From the NCBI GenBank assembly GCA_029717555.1, contig JAMDHS010000032.1:124001-188000 (forward strand): DNA of 64,000 nucleotides, given 5' to 3'. Made by a program: the position numbers and the translations under genes. Below are positions 49,801-61,879 of the stretch, in pieces. This stretch comes from Peribolospora baueri. Taxonomy: Eukaryota. Position 1 is the stretch's first letter. Each line of letters begins with the position of its first letter. The notes under the pieces were generated by a model, which was given only the letters and a program-made list of their open reading frames with translations, did not search any database and was not told the origin of the DNA.

Positions 49801-51579
49801 AGACGAAGGTCCCGGGTCTGCTATCGTCAGATTCGCCATGATGAGGTGAATCCCCCTTTACCTTGTTGAATCGCCCATTGCCGTGTCAGCATCTGACCAA
49901 GCTTGCTTCCGCGCTCAGACTTGTAAATCTACTCGGCGACTGGCTGGAGCAGTACCCGGGTGACTTCTCGCATCCTCGGACGTACGCACTGTTGCGCCAG
50001 TTCTACGATGCCCTCTCCCGGCACCATTACACGATATACGTTGCGACTCCGCTCCTGTCCCTCATTCAAGTGGCCGAAGGCGTGCCCGATCTTGATGGTC
50101 CATGGGCAGTTTCGGCTGAGGACGAGGCACAAGTCGATGGTGTGGAGGGCGGAAAATCAGCTCCTGCTCAAAACGCGCCGTTCAAGTCGATGGGCAGCGT
50201 GGATACCCCGGCATCCATAAAGAGTGGAAGCACCGGCGGAGGCGCGAATTCCTCTTCTAATCCTCCGGCCATCTCGATGACGAATGCTGATCCGGGCAGC
50301 GAGCAATCGAGAGCTGCGTCGCGCACGACGTCTCACGGTTCTTCATCTTCTGGGCATTTAAACAAGCCCGGAGGGGACTTGTCCGCAGCTCACGGCCGGG
50401 CGCGGAGCGCATCGGACGTCACGAACGCGACCGGAGAGGGTGCAGCCAACCGCGCCTTGAGCTTCTTCGTCGGTAGCGGTTCATACCTTAGCCAGAGCAC
50501 AGGCGTTGAAGTTGCTTTGAGGGGTATCCACTCCAAGATCTCCGACGCGCTGGCTTCGGTTCCCGAGGAAGCCATCGTCACTCAACTGAATAGGATTGAG
50601 TGGGAGCTCTTCATGGCTATCAGTCCGAGGGATTTACTTCGCCATGTTCTCGTCCCACGCGACAAGCGCGCGCAGAATGGCCCGGTGGCAAGGTCCATCG
50701 CTCATTTCAACTATGTGTCGTCTTGGTGAGTGACATGAATTGGTCACTTCAGCTCCATAGCAGATCGTTGATTGATACTTTCCGCGTTTCCCGCTGCTCC
50801 AGGGTGTGCACGATCATCCTCGCCCAGTCCAAGACGAAGTCTCGCGCGCGTATGCTGGAGAAATTCATGCACATTGCCCAGCTTCTGCGGGTAGAAAATA
50901 ATTACAACACACTGATGGCCGTCCTGGCGGGCTTGAGCAGCGCCTCAATCCATCGTCTCAAGGCGACACGTGAACTGATCCAGGGCAAGCCTGTCAACAA
51001 GGTGTACCAGAGCCTCTGTAGGCTGATGCACCCCGATCGTAGCTTTGCCGCGTACAGGCTGGCGCTCAGCAATTCGGAGGGTCGCACGGTTCCTTATCTG
51101 TGAGACATCTCGACGCCTTTTACAGTCCTATACCGTGCATGGCTGACTGTCTCTGCTTTGGCTCCAACCTGCTTCCTCATTCCACCTCTCAGGGGTGTGC
51201 ATCTGCAAGACGTGCTGTCCATCTCGGATGGCAACAAGTCCGTACGTCTCTCGGACGGCAACATCCATTGGCGCAAGTTCAGTCTTATGGACGAGGCCGT
51301 CATGGCTATTGTCCAGTGCCAGACATACTCGAAGACGCCGCGCAGGGATCAGTCCATCGAACGGCTGATCATGGACGTGCCAGTCATGGACGAGGAGGTG
51401 AGCTGTACGGACGCCGGGACTGGCGAGCATTTCGCAATCGACTCACTGATCTGGATGGTGGAGCACCGTCCTTCCGCGTACCGCAGACCCTATACGAGCA
51501 CTCACTCGCTGTCGAACCGCGCCAATCGGCCAATACGACCCCGTCGAACAAGCTCAAGAAGTTGATGGGCGGCAACTGA
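46831..51579 (+). CDS. RasGEF (REM + CDC25 domains) fused to an N-terminal degenerate Ras-like GTPase domain
   Basis: P-loop IAVVGHRHVGKSTVI, IDAVILCYD...SF and VMLACKSE. REM: TLEELWDKF...FVHTFLVFYRAF...LGDWLEQYPGDF. CDC25: IVTQLNRIEWELF...HFNYVSSW...NNYNTLMAVLAGLSSASIHRL...VPYL|GVHLQD. Confidence 0.88.
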
Positions 51580-52432
51580 TCTGTCAGATCTCGCTCGAGA
51601 TAGCGGAATCGGACACCTTTACACGACATTTTCAGAATACCCAGGATGTTGTTCGACGCAAGACGTGGCGTGACGAACGAGGCGGTCAAGCGATTGATAC
51701 CGTCACCGTTCCAGCTCTCTTCCATTGGTTCCTTCTATCGCGCTTTTGTTTAGTCTTGGGCATTCGAGTCGATTCGCTATTGTGGATACCCCGCTGTCTT
51801 TGCGCAACCTTGATCACCTCCTGGTCATGGGGCTCTCATTTGCCATGTTGCGACTGAGTGCCCTCGGCCCTGCGCGTGAAGAGCTGTTCATTCCCCTCAT
51901 CATTTTGTCTCGACTCGCGACGACCTTGTATTGCTACCGTCCCGTTGAAAGCGACCTAGGAGTCTCCAGACCTTCAACAAGGCAACGTCTGTGCACGTGA
52001 TACGTTCGTCGCGTGCTCTATCGACGCGCCAACGTTCGTCGACGGTCCTTCTTTCGTGCTCCTCCATGCTCATTGCGCCTGGCTCAGGTCTGTTTTCTTT
52101 TGCGTGCGAAAGAGTGCTAATAAAAGATGGCGACGGGAATAAGGGTGTGGGTACGTGTAGGCGTGAAGGGTGCGCGTGTGTGCTCACGTGAACGTGCGCA
52201 GTCAAGCCCGTCCGACCACCACGTTCGGCCGAACACCGCCGGGATGGCGACGCGTGAGACGTCACTAACTTCGGCAACGTCGTCCAAGGGAACAGATATT
52301 AAATGGCAGACATCACTTCTCTTTCCTCCCATCAGCTCACTTCATTCGGCCTTTCACTGTCCCTCGAAGCAGCAACAGCAGCTCCGCTCCCGTGGACCCT
52401 TCCACTTCTTCACCCACTTCACGCTCAGCGCC

Positions 52433-54220
52433 ATGTCTACCGCGGCCGACATCAAGCCAGAGGCGACCGCCACGACCGACGCAGCTCCGCCTCAGCCGGC
52501 GCCCGCTTTGGCCGCCGCACCCGGGGAGCCCTCTGAAACGACGGGAGTCACCGAGCCCGCTGCTCCTCAGCCTGCAGAGGCACCCGCCGAGGCTTCGTCG
52601 TCCAAAGCACCTGCCGACGAGGGTGAGCAGAAGGGGTTGTGCGAAAAGGTGAGCGGGCGATGCATTCGGGACGGTCGTAGATTGGCTAGGCGACGCCCTT
52701 ATAACCTGTATAAGACACAGTCCTGAACGTCGAACCCCCGCCCCCCGCTTTACCCCTGTCCCGATGTGACGCTTCTCCGGATGTACTACGTTTGGACTGT
52801 GCACAGTGCATAACCGGTGTTGTGATGACCGGTACCCCGGCAGGCCAGAAGACCCATAACTCTGCCGCAGGTTTTGACGTCTACACGGCCCTCCCACCTC
52901 CGAAGGAGGTGGCAGAGGGCGACAAGGACAAGACCGGGAAGAAGCCTGTCATCGTCCTCGGTCCCGATGTCTTCGGTCTTGGGATCCCCAATTCCATGCT
53001 AGTCGCCGATAGGCTGGCCAAGGAGACGGGATACAGGGTCGTCATCCCGGACTACTTCTTCGGTGAGTCAAGCAGCCAGCCGGTCGATCGACATCTCGAT
53101 CGAGGCGTCTCGTGGTATTGTGATTCCATGCTCCTTGGACCTGCATCCATCGCCTGCCTTCTGCTCTGTCTTCGTTTCTCGACTAGGAAAACCGTTTTCT
53201 TGCGGCGACAGCCTTTTGAAGAACGAACCGTCGGACAAGATCGGATTCTTTACGAAAGTCGCCTTTATGTCCAAGCTCGTGCCCTTCTTCCTAGTGAACT
53301 TGCCCACTGGCAAAAATTGGGAGGCTACTCGGAAGGTGAGGAAACACCACCGACGGTAGATCGGCCGCGCGGACTTTTCATGATTTCTTCAAAATTACCT
53401 CCGTGCTAAGCCGCCAGCGCGGCCGCTGAAAGCGTCGTTGACCAACGACTCACACCTACGCTCTTGACTTTGCATGCCGCTCTGCTCTCTTCCAGTATCT
53501 TAAAGAACTCAGGGCGGATGAGAGCGTTGGAAAGATTGGAATGATCGGGTGAGCATGTTACGCCGGGTTTCATATGGTAAACGGCGTCCTGCAGGTTGAG
53601 CGTCTGACCCTTCTCGCCCCAACCGATGCCTTCACCCACCTTTTCTTTTCTCCGCAGCTACTGCTACGGCGGGAAGATGACCGTGCTCGCCGCGATAGAC
53701 AAGCTCATCGACTGTGGCGTATTATGCCACCCGAGTGCGCTTTCTGTCTCCGAGGCGTCCAAGGTCCAGGTAAGAACAACGTTGGGAGGAGCAGAGGAGA
53801 CCTTCTGAGACAGTCTGGAGCGCTCACTCTCCCTGTATGCTTATTTTCCGGTGGAAATCGTACTCCGATCGCAAGGTACCCTTGCTCTTCCAAATGGCCG
53901 AGGAGGACCACACGTTCAGCGAAAAGGAGAAGGAAGGGTTCCTTAAGACGCTCAAGGAGCGTGGCTTGCTCGACAGCGGCAGCAAGACATACGAAGGTGC
54001 GTGAAAGTCCATCGTCTCCCCAAGCCCGCCAGGCTCTTCCCATGGAACGGTCTTGTGCACTCAGACTGTCCACCTCTCGCCACCTTTCTACTTCCCTCCC
54101 CTCGCAGGCACCGTCCACGGCTACGCCTGCCGTCCAGCGCTGTGGAACCCAAAGATCAAAGAGGCCTACGAGCAGACGATGAAAGCGTCCGTCGACTTTT
54201 TCCACGAACGGCTCGGCTAG
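52433..54220 (+). CDS. Dienelactone hydrolase family alpha/beta hydrolase (Aim2-like)
   Basis: LCEK|CITG, PDVFGLGIPNSMLVADRLA...VVIPDYF, nucleophile motif G|YCYGG, HPS, AEEDHTF and TVHGYACR. Stop at 54218-54220. Confidence 0.88.
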
Positions 54221-54579
54221 ACCCGTCTTGGCCCTCCGTTCTTGTCGCAGCCGCTTTCCCGCGCCACGATACCTTTGATTCTTTGACACGAAGCTGCCGA
54301 GGCCGATGTAATCTTGTCTAAACACACCCTGTCGTGTCGGTACCTCTACTCGTTTGCTACCCATGTGGGATGTCCCATTCACCACTTCGTTTATGCTGTA
54401 GTAGCCTCGTCCTCTTTCCGCTTCTAACAATGTCAATGTCTCGGCGCCTGTGATGATTGTCCGTTAATTAATCAATCTCCCCCCACGAGCTTCCATGATG
54501 AACGCCTCGCCGACGACGTCAAGAAAAAGCGCTTCGTTGATGGCATGGAGACCCCCACGCTTTCACGGCATCGTCCACG

Positions 54580-57500
54580 TCATCGTGGACACCGGGGTCC
54601 GCTCTGCGGCCGAGAACGTCGAGGGAACGTAGACGAGCCTCCCGGCCCTTTCGAAGCGTCGGGGAAGGTGGCGGTCGTCAGGCGCTGAGCCGTGCCGAGT
54701 GAAGGCGTGTTGTTCCCCAGCACGCTGAAAGGCGCCCGCGCAACAGAGCCGACCGTCTTCGGCGTGGTCCGGTCCAACGACTTGTCCTCCTCCGCGTCCT
54801 CGACGATGCTGCCTATTGTCCTGTTAGCTGCGCCGCCAGCCCTCTTCTTTCCTCCCCCGATGCCCCCAACGGAGAACAAGCTGCTTCGGCGTATAGCCCT
54901 GCCGGACGCTGCCCCGGGTCGGTGGACGGAGGGTTGATGCGCCTTGGCGGTAGCCGACGAGCCCAAGCCCGTGCTGCTATTGTTGCTGGGCGTATTCACG
55001 TCCGAGGCGTCCTCCCACTCTCCGGTCGAGCTGCCGTCCGCATCGCTGGCATTGCCAGGTCCAGAGACAGAAGCGGAGGACGGTTCGCTCGACTTCTTCG
55101 CAACGACGATGCTTCCAGAGCTGTCGTCCGCCTCGCTGCTCGCAGTGTCACCGGGACTGGTGCCAGCGCTACTGCTGCCACTGCTGCTGACTTGAGCGCC
55201 GTTCGGCATGTGTCCCGACCTGTGTACGCCTCCTTTCCCACCATCGTCTATGGCTCCTTCCCCGGCTTCGTCTGCCCACCTGAACGCCTTCTTCTGCGCC
55301 GCCGGCTGCAAGGATGGGCGAGAGAACGACGGAGGGGAAATTCCGCTGAGTCTTCTTCCGCTGCTCGACATGCGCGGCCGACGCTTGGCGGGCGACGGCA
55401 CTTTGTAAGGACTCGTTACTGACGAACTGCTGCGCACCGTGCGCCGCGTTGGCGCCGGAGAGCTCGCAACCGCCACAACCGCAGAGGGGCGGCGAGACCG
55501 CGCAGTCGCCGCGGTAGACCGAGTGGTCGCTGGGGCAGCGTGGGAGGCGGGCGGGATGGAGGCACGAGCCTTTGTATGGGGCCTATATGAAGAAGCGAGA
55601 GTGGCTTTGGCGCCTTGTGCGGCGGACGGTCGAGGAGGAGAGACGGTAGCCTTGCCGGCGATCTTGATGAACGCCTCGTCGTTCGTCTTGCTCACCGCTC
55701 TCAGCGTCTCGGCGAGCGCCCTGAGCGATGCGCTCGTCTCAGGCTGGCCCTCCCTCCCATCTTCATTCACCATGGCTGCCGCTCGCACCTCGAGCACGCC
55801 AGCCGCGTCCTTGAGAGCGACGGTTGCCCTTGCACCAATGCTGGCCGTCATCGCCACGCGGTCCATTTCAGCCTCTAGAGCAGCCATCATACGCTCGTAC
55901 CGGATTTTGAGCGCAGCGTGCTCCCGGTCAAGAGTCAACTTCTTTGCCTGCTCGCGCATCGCCTCAGCAGTCTCCTCGTCGAAGTGGTTGTTCCGATGCG
56001 CCATAAGCAGAGCCCCGTCGTGTAGGTTGATGGTATTGGAGAGACTCGAGATCTGACGTTGCGACTCCGACTCAGTCGTCTGAACAAGCTCGCGCTGGAG
56101 CAGCTCCTGCAACAAAGCGCGCTCCGCTTCGACGTCTGCGGGTGCAGCCTGTCCGTTCGAGGTGCGCGACGCGATCTCCTCGTCAAGGGACTGAATGCGT
56201 TTCCGAAGAGGCCGAAGACGAGCTTCTGCGGCGGCGACCCGGGCCTGAGCGGCAACTCCTTCCTTGAGGGCGGAACGAATGACCTGGTCGGTGCGCGTAC
56301 ACATGTCGCGCTTGACGCCCTCGTACTCCCTTCTCATTTCCGCTTTCCTTCGTCGGTCCGCGTCGCTCTCCGCAGCCACCCGGTCGGCCAGCTTGGCTTT
56401 GAGCTCCTCCACCTCCTTGCGGAGCTCGTAAATCGCCTGAACGTACTGCGCCACGTGCCTCTCCACGTTGACGAGGTTGCGCGACACTTTCGTCTTGATG
56501 TTTTTCGCCCGGTTGGCGTACTGCAACGTGTTCCTCGTCTCGTCGTAGTGCGTCGAAATGGGACTGATGCAGACGATCATCACCGTCTTACAGTTCCCGC
56601 CGAGCGAGAATTTGAGCAGCCGGGTAAGCTTGCTGTCTCGGTAGGGTATATGACCGCCCTTACGCCCGCCGGATTCGCACAGCGCGTTGATGCAGTTGCC
56701 CAGGGCAAGGAGGCTCTTGTTGATATTGGCTCCCTCCTTCATTCTCATGCCCATGTTTGTAGTAGCACTGGCCCTCTCGCTGCCAGCCAGGTCGATGATG
56801 CTCAGCGTGGCAGACGTGGTCGTCCTCGTGACGTCCGCGGTACGGGGCTGTTGCGTGATGTTGATCTGAAGCACGGCGTGTGAGCGTGAGCTAACCGCGT
56901 TAGCTTGAGTGGGAGACATGGTTCGGCGATTGTTGCCTTCGTGGATCAAGTTGAGCACCTCCTGCGGCGACGAGGGGCGATGCTCGGTGAGGTTGTTGAC
57001 CGAGATCTTGTTCGCGCTGTCCTCGCGCAGAGCCAGACCACTGGCATTGGTGGTAGGGGTGGGAGAGAGCAGGTCGCGAATGGTTTCGTTATAAATCTCC
57101 AGGTAAGAGAGGCTGATCTCAGTAATCTGCTCGTCCTTCACATCTTCTATCCTGTTGAAGAGCTCCTCCATCGTCAAAAATACAAGTCCTGGGTCTTCGG
57201 GTGTGCCGCTGATGGTGTGCGTCTTGCCGCAACCGGTGGCCTGTAATCAGAGAAAAGGCGAGAAGAGCCGAGGTAAGCGATCAGATGCGCCGAATTTAAC
57301 ATACGGGCGCATGCAGCTTGACTTTCATCACTCACGCCGTAAGCAAAGACCGTTGCATTGTATCCGTTCATTAACCCGTCCAAAAGAGGTTTACTCGTCC
57401 CCTCAAAGACATCCCTCTGCCCGTGCTGAGCACCAAAGACTCGATCAAAAGCGTACCGCATGTCCTTGGCTCGCCGGTTGCCATGAGCGAAAGAGTTTTG

Positions 57501-57839
57501 AAAGCGCTGCACCGGGTTGGCCTCAGGCGGGTCGAAGATGAGCACCTTGTCGTCGACGATCTCGATGATGGATCTGAGGTATTTGGCTCGCTTGAGAGGC
57601 GTCGAGGAGGAGCTGGAGCCTCCGGTGAGGGCGCCGTCGCCGAGAAAAGGCGCATATTCGTCTGTGGGAGCAAGCTGGCCGACTTCCTTGGATGACAGCG
57701 GCCGCGCGCGGACTGTGGATGGTTGGAGCACAAGCAGAAGCGCTCAGAACCACGCCGGACGGTAGACGGTACAATGCATAACGGCAGCAGCGGACGGCAA
57801 CGTACCGGCCACTTGGATAGAGGCGTCAGCACCGAGCAT
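54580..57839 (-). CDS. KIP3: Kinesin-8 motor (Kip3/Klp5-6-like)
   Basis: SIQVA|VRARP, YAFDRVF, P-loop FAYG|ATGCGKTHTI, NAVSSRSHA, IDLAGSERA, EGANINKSLLALGNCINAL and HIPYRDSKLTRLLKFSLGGNCKT. Followed by coiled coil and a basic tail. Confidence 0.92.
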
Positions 57840-58129
57840 TACTGTTGGGTACGGCCTTGGTGCACCGTTGAGGAGGGTTTACGGCTGTGAGGTGGTATCG
57901 GCATCGACACCAGCTGGTCGCTGGCGGAAGGGTGTGTGTGAGTCGAGTGAAGGGGGGAGTAAAGATGGAAGTGAAACAGCGAGTGGCGTCGAAGTACATT
58001 AAGTGTGTGTCCGTGACGATTCCCTCCCTCCCGCTCTCTCCCGTCATCTCCCTGCGCCGACCATTCATAAGATCGGTGGATGTTACTTTTGGTGCCGCAC
58101 GGCGCGCCCTTCGCGTCTGGTGCGTGTCA

Positions 58130-58156
58130 GTCACGTGCCACTAGGGATATCACGTG
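58130..58156. promoter_or_regulatory. Tandem RTCACGTG E-boxes (Cbf1-type) in the KIP3/TFC1 divergent promoter
   Basis: GTCACGTGCC at 58130 and ATCACGTGCC at 58149. Confidence 0.5.
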
Positions 58157-58257
58157 CCGATCACTACTCCGCCACATGCCGTTGAGTCGAGGGAGAGCGA
58201 GCGAGCGATTGAACTCTCGTACTCGACGCACGGACCGCACAAGATCCGCGGCTCACT

Positions 58258-61002
58258 ATGAGTGGCACATCGCGAGCAGAAGAAGCCGAAAATGCGCCTC
58301 CTTTGGCGCCCATTGACACATTGCCGACAACGAACATCATGGCGATTGAATATCCTGGCCACGTCTCCACCCAGTCCATCCCTGCCGCCCTGCACACGCT
58401 CGGTGGGAATCAAGCGATGGCCCGGGCGTTCAAGCGCAACGGCGGGTTGCTCGAGTTGAGGTTCAGCCCGGAGAACTCTTATTTACATTCCATTCCAGGA
58501 GAAGTGCTTGACACAGGCAATTTGGTCCTGAAAATCGTCAAGCGGCGGAGGAAGCGGAAGGCTGCCGCCGGTCGAAGCTCAGAGGCGATGGATGTGGATG
58601 GCACGGCGGATGGCATGTCAACGTCGGTCGCACAGTCCTCCAGGGACGGTGAACAGGAAGTTGCGACACAAAGATCGGGCCAATATTCAGCCGAGCTGGT
58701 TGGTTTGGTCAAGAAGACGGCCAGGTTCAGAGGTGAGCATGCATTTGGCATGGTAGTGAGCTTCGCGGTGATCCTTGTTCCTCACTTCACACGTGTTTTT
58801 AGCCATCGCCGACTACTCATATCAGCCGGACATGGACCAGCCCATTCCGAAGCTTCTCGAGTCTATGATAAAGATGGATGGTTAGTATTTTCTCGGACTT
58901 GGAGGTCATGGTCTTTCGCCACCATCGCTCATCTCGATCCTGCGTCTTACTGCCTTCAAGCCGCTGCCCTTCAGGCCTTTCGTTTCGGGCCACGGACCGA
59001 GGAGTATACCGTTTTCGAAAAACTTTCAGACGTGGAGACGAGCGCGGCTTCCGAGAAGGGAAAGGGCAAAGCGAGGCGAGGGGGTGTCGAAGAGAACGGC
59101 ATGTTGCGCAAAAGCAACCTCCACCTCATTCCGCCGCCGGTGTTCAGTCGCATAAGCGTGCCCGGATCTTACAAGTGAGCTCGCTTTTCGTACACAAGCT
59201 TAGTACGCATGAAATATTGCTGATTTCTATCAATATTGACAGCTACAAGCAGAATTCCGCTTCCCAAATCGTATCGGCCACACGTCCAGACAGTACTGAA
59301 ATCCAGCGGTATAGCTATACAATGAAGTGGAAAGCACTGGGCTCTGAACCGATGCGACACGCTGATCCAGGACCTGTGAGTGAGATGTCAGTCTCCTACC
59401 CCAAATTCTTCTCCGAGCACTCTCCTCACCGCGGCTCTCCGCTGTGTGATAGGTACCCAGCGGTCCGACGAAAGAGGTGGAGGCCGAAAAGAAGAACCTG
59501 GACCCGAGATTGCTCAAGAAGCTCGAGGAGGTGCGCGAAGAGGGCACTGTTTTTTTTGCGTTGGTTGGTCGTCCTGACCCGATCCATTTTTGGCTGCCCT
59601 CGTCCAGCTCTTCCAAGAACGACCCATTTGGACGCGTTTGGCGTTGATGAACCAATTTCCGGCAGAGGACCAGAAATCGCTTCATCTGTAGGTTCACAGA
59701 GAACACTAACGTTTATAAGATGGCTTTTTCGTAGCTGGCGCTCTGGCCTCGCGATGATCGCTGACCCGTCGCTTGTCGTTGTATTCCCGTTCTAAGCACC
59801 AAGGCATACGTCGTATCTGTTTCGTACTGCTTTGTCGACGGGCCCTTCCGCGGCACTCTAGTCCGCTTCGGCTATGATCCGCGACAAGATCCTGATTCCA
59901 GATTGTGCGTTCTCCTCGTCTCTTCTAACCTATCGTAGCCAGGTACACTGATGCGGAGCTTGGCTCGTCTCTGCAGTTATCAGCGCGTTGTTCTTCGAAA
60001 TCTCGGCAACACTACCGTTAGGGGTCAGTCCGCTGCCAAGAGCCGGCTTGAAGGCAGACAGAGCACGGGCAATGGGGTTGAAGGCGCTGCTGAGTGCGTT
60101 CACCTTCTGTTCGCGGGGCTCTAGAGATAATCGTTAACGGCTCTTTTGCCGTCCCTTCTCAACTGATCTTCTCCGACTCTCGTCCACCCGACCACTGACC
60201 TGTTTCGCGCAGAATGTCCCACATCTTCGACGGGGTGCACCTCCACCGCAACGTGGGCAACTTCCAGTTGTGCGACATCACAGATCCTCTCATCCGCCAC
60301 TACGTCTACTGCACCGACCGAGGCGTGCGGGAGCGCTGCGAAGACCCCTATGGCTGGTACCCTTATTCCACGTTCGAGTGCATTCGCGAGCTCGTGAAGA
60401 CCAAGTTCTTCGCCTTGCTCGAGGGGAAGCCGATACCGGAAGGAGAATCTAGCAGAATCCTGGCAGCGTACAACCAACAACACGACGGTGAGGGAGAGGG
60501 GGGTTGGGACGAGGATGCGGCCGTTGTGCAGATGGAGGACGCGGTGGAAGAGGGAGGCCGAGGTGGAGGGGACTCAGCGTCGGCTCCGTCTGCGCAGGGC
60601 ACGCAGTCGACGTCGACGTCGACGCCACCACAGCCGAAGAAGGGGAGGGGGAGAGGTAAACAATCCGGAGTGAATACCGCCGCTGAGATGGTGAGTCTTT
60701 TCTGGTTCTATCATTGCTCTTGTATTCGTTCAGTGTGCTAAAGATCCGTCGGTCCCTTTCCACGTGACGCGCGTGACTTGCTCCCACTTTACCTATCTGG
60801 AACTGGCCGCCCCTACCTTGTTTCGTGTTCGACTCGACCCTGTCCCGTCATGTCTTGACAGGCGGCACGCCTCAACTATGCACTGGAGCATGAGAGAGTG
60901 ATTGCAGCTGCGACAACCCCGGCTGCGGAGATGAGTCCTTCGGAGGCGGGAGGAGCGGCGGATGACGAGGGCGAGGGCGGAGGGGAGGCGCCAGTGGCTT
61001 AG
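58258..61002 (+). CDS. TFC1: RNA polymerase III transcription factor TFIIIC subunit tau95 (Tfc1/Sfc1/GTF3C5)
   Basis: AIEYPGHV...ALHTLGG...LELRF, LFQERPIWTR, FVDGPFRGTLVRFGYDPR and SHIFDG...FQLCDITDPLI...GWY. Multi-exon; last exon predicted to stop at 61000-61002. Confidence 0.88.
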
Positions 61003-61879
61003 GGAGTCGAGGGCGGGAGAAAGCATCGCCATCGTTGTCGCTCTCTCACACCGGGTTCGCCGCCAATGCGGAAATGGGCAAATTGGTGTTCAGGATCCTT
61101 CCCTCAGTGTCGCGCGTCGTCTGCGGCCGCCACCATGCCGCAGACGTGCGCGGCCCAGTTTGTCGGCCGCGTCTGCTTGTCTTCCCGCGAACCTTCCGAA
61201 AACCATCTGCGAGTTGAAGGCAGGCGATGTGTTTGTTTAAAGTGGCGTGTCATCGTAGTCAATCTAAACGAAGTCGTGCCTCGAGACGTGTCTGCCAAAG
61301 CCCGACGTGGATGCAACGAAGCCGAACCGGTTTCGGTCTGCGGACCATCGTCCTTGTTAGAGCTGTGAAGAGAGAGGCCCGTACCGGCAGGGATGGCTGG
61401 GTGAAGTGGATTGAAGAGTGCTGAGATGAACTGGTGAAGTGTCCCAGGACAAAAGAGGCATGTTCACATGTAGGCCGAGTAGAGAGCACAGCCGAGCCCG
61501 GCTGATCGCTCGGGCGGGACGCGACTCGACGGACGTCTTTCCGATTGCCAGCGCGAACCTGAGCACGCCGTCGATCTCGATCTTCCTCCCCACAACTACC
61601 ATCCCTTGTTGCAAACTCGTTGAGCAGGGCCGTCAAGGTCGGGACGCTGGCAGCCCCGGCCCCTCTGTTGGCTCGAGGTGAGCAACCAGTCGGATCTTTT
61701 TTTCGCTCCTCTTTGCCTATATCATCACCCGCCGACCGATACGCGCCTGATCGCTCGAGTCTCTTCGGTCACGTTGCTCCCAGGCTGACCGCCCGGACCC
61801 ACCGCGCTCCGCCTCCTTTTGCCGTCGCCCTTTCCATGAACCCCCCCGCCGTCTACCTCTCTGCCCCTCTCAGCTTGTG

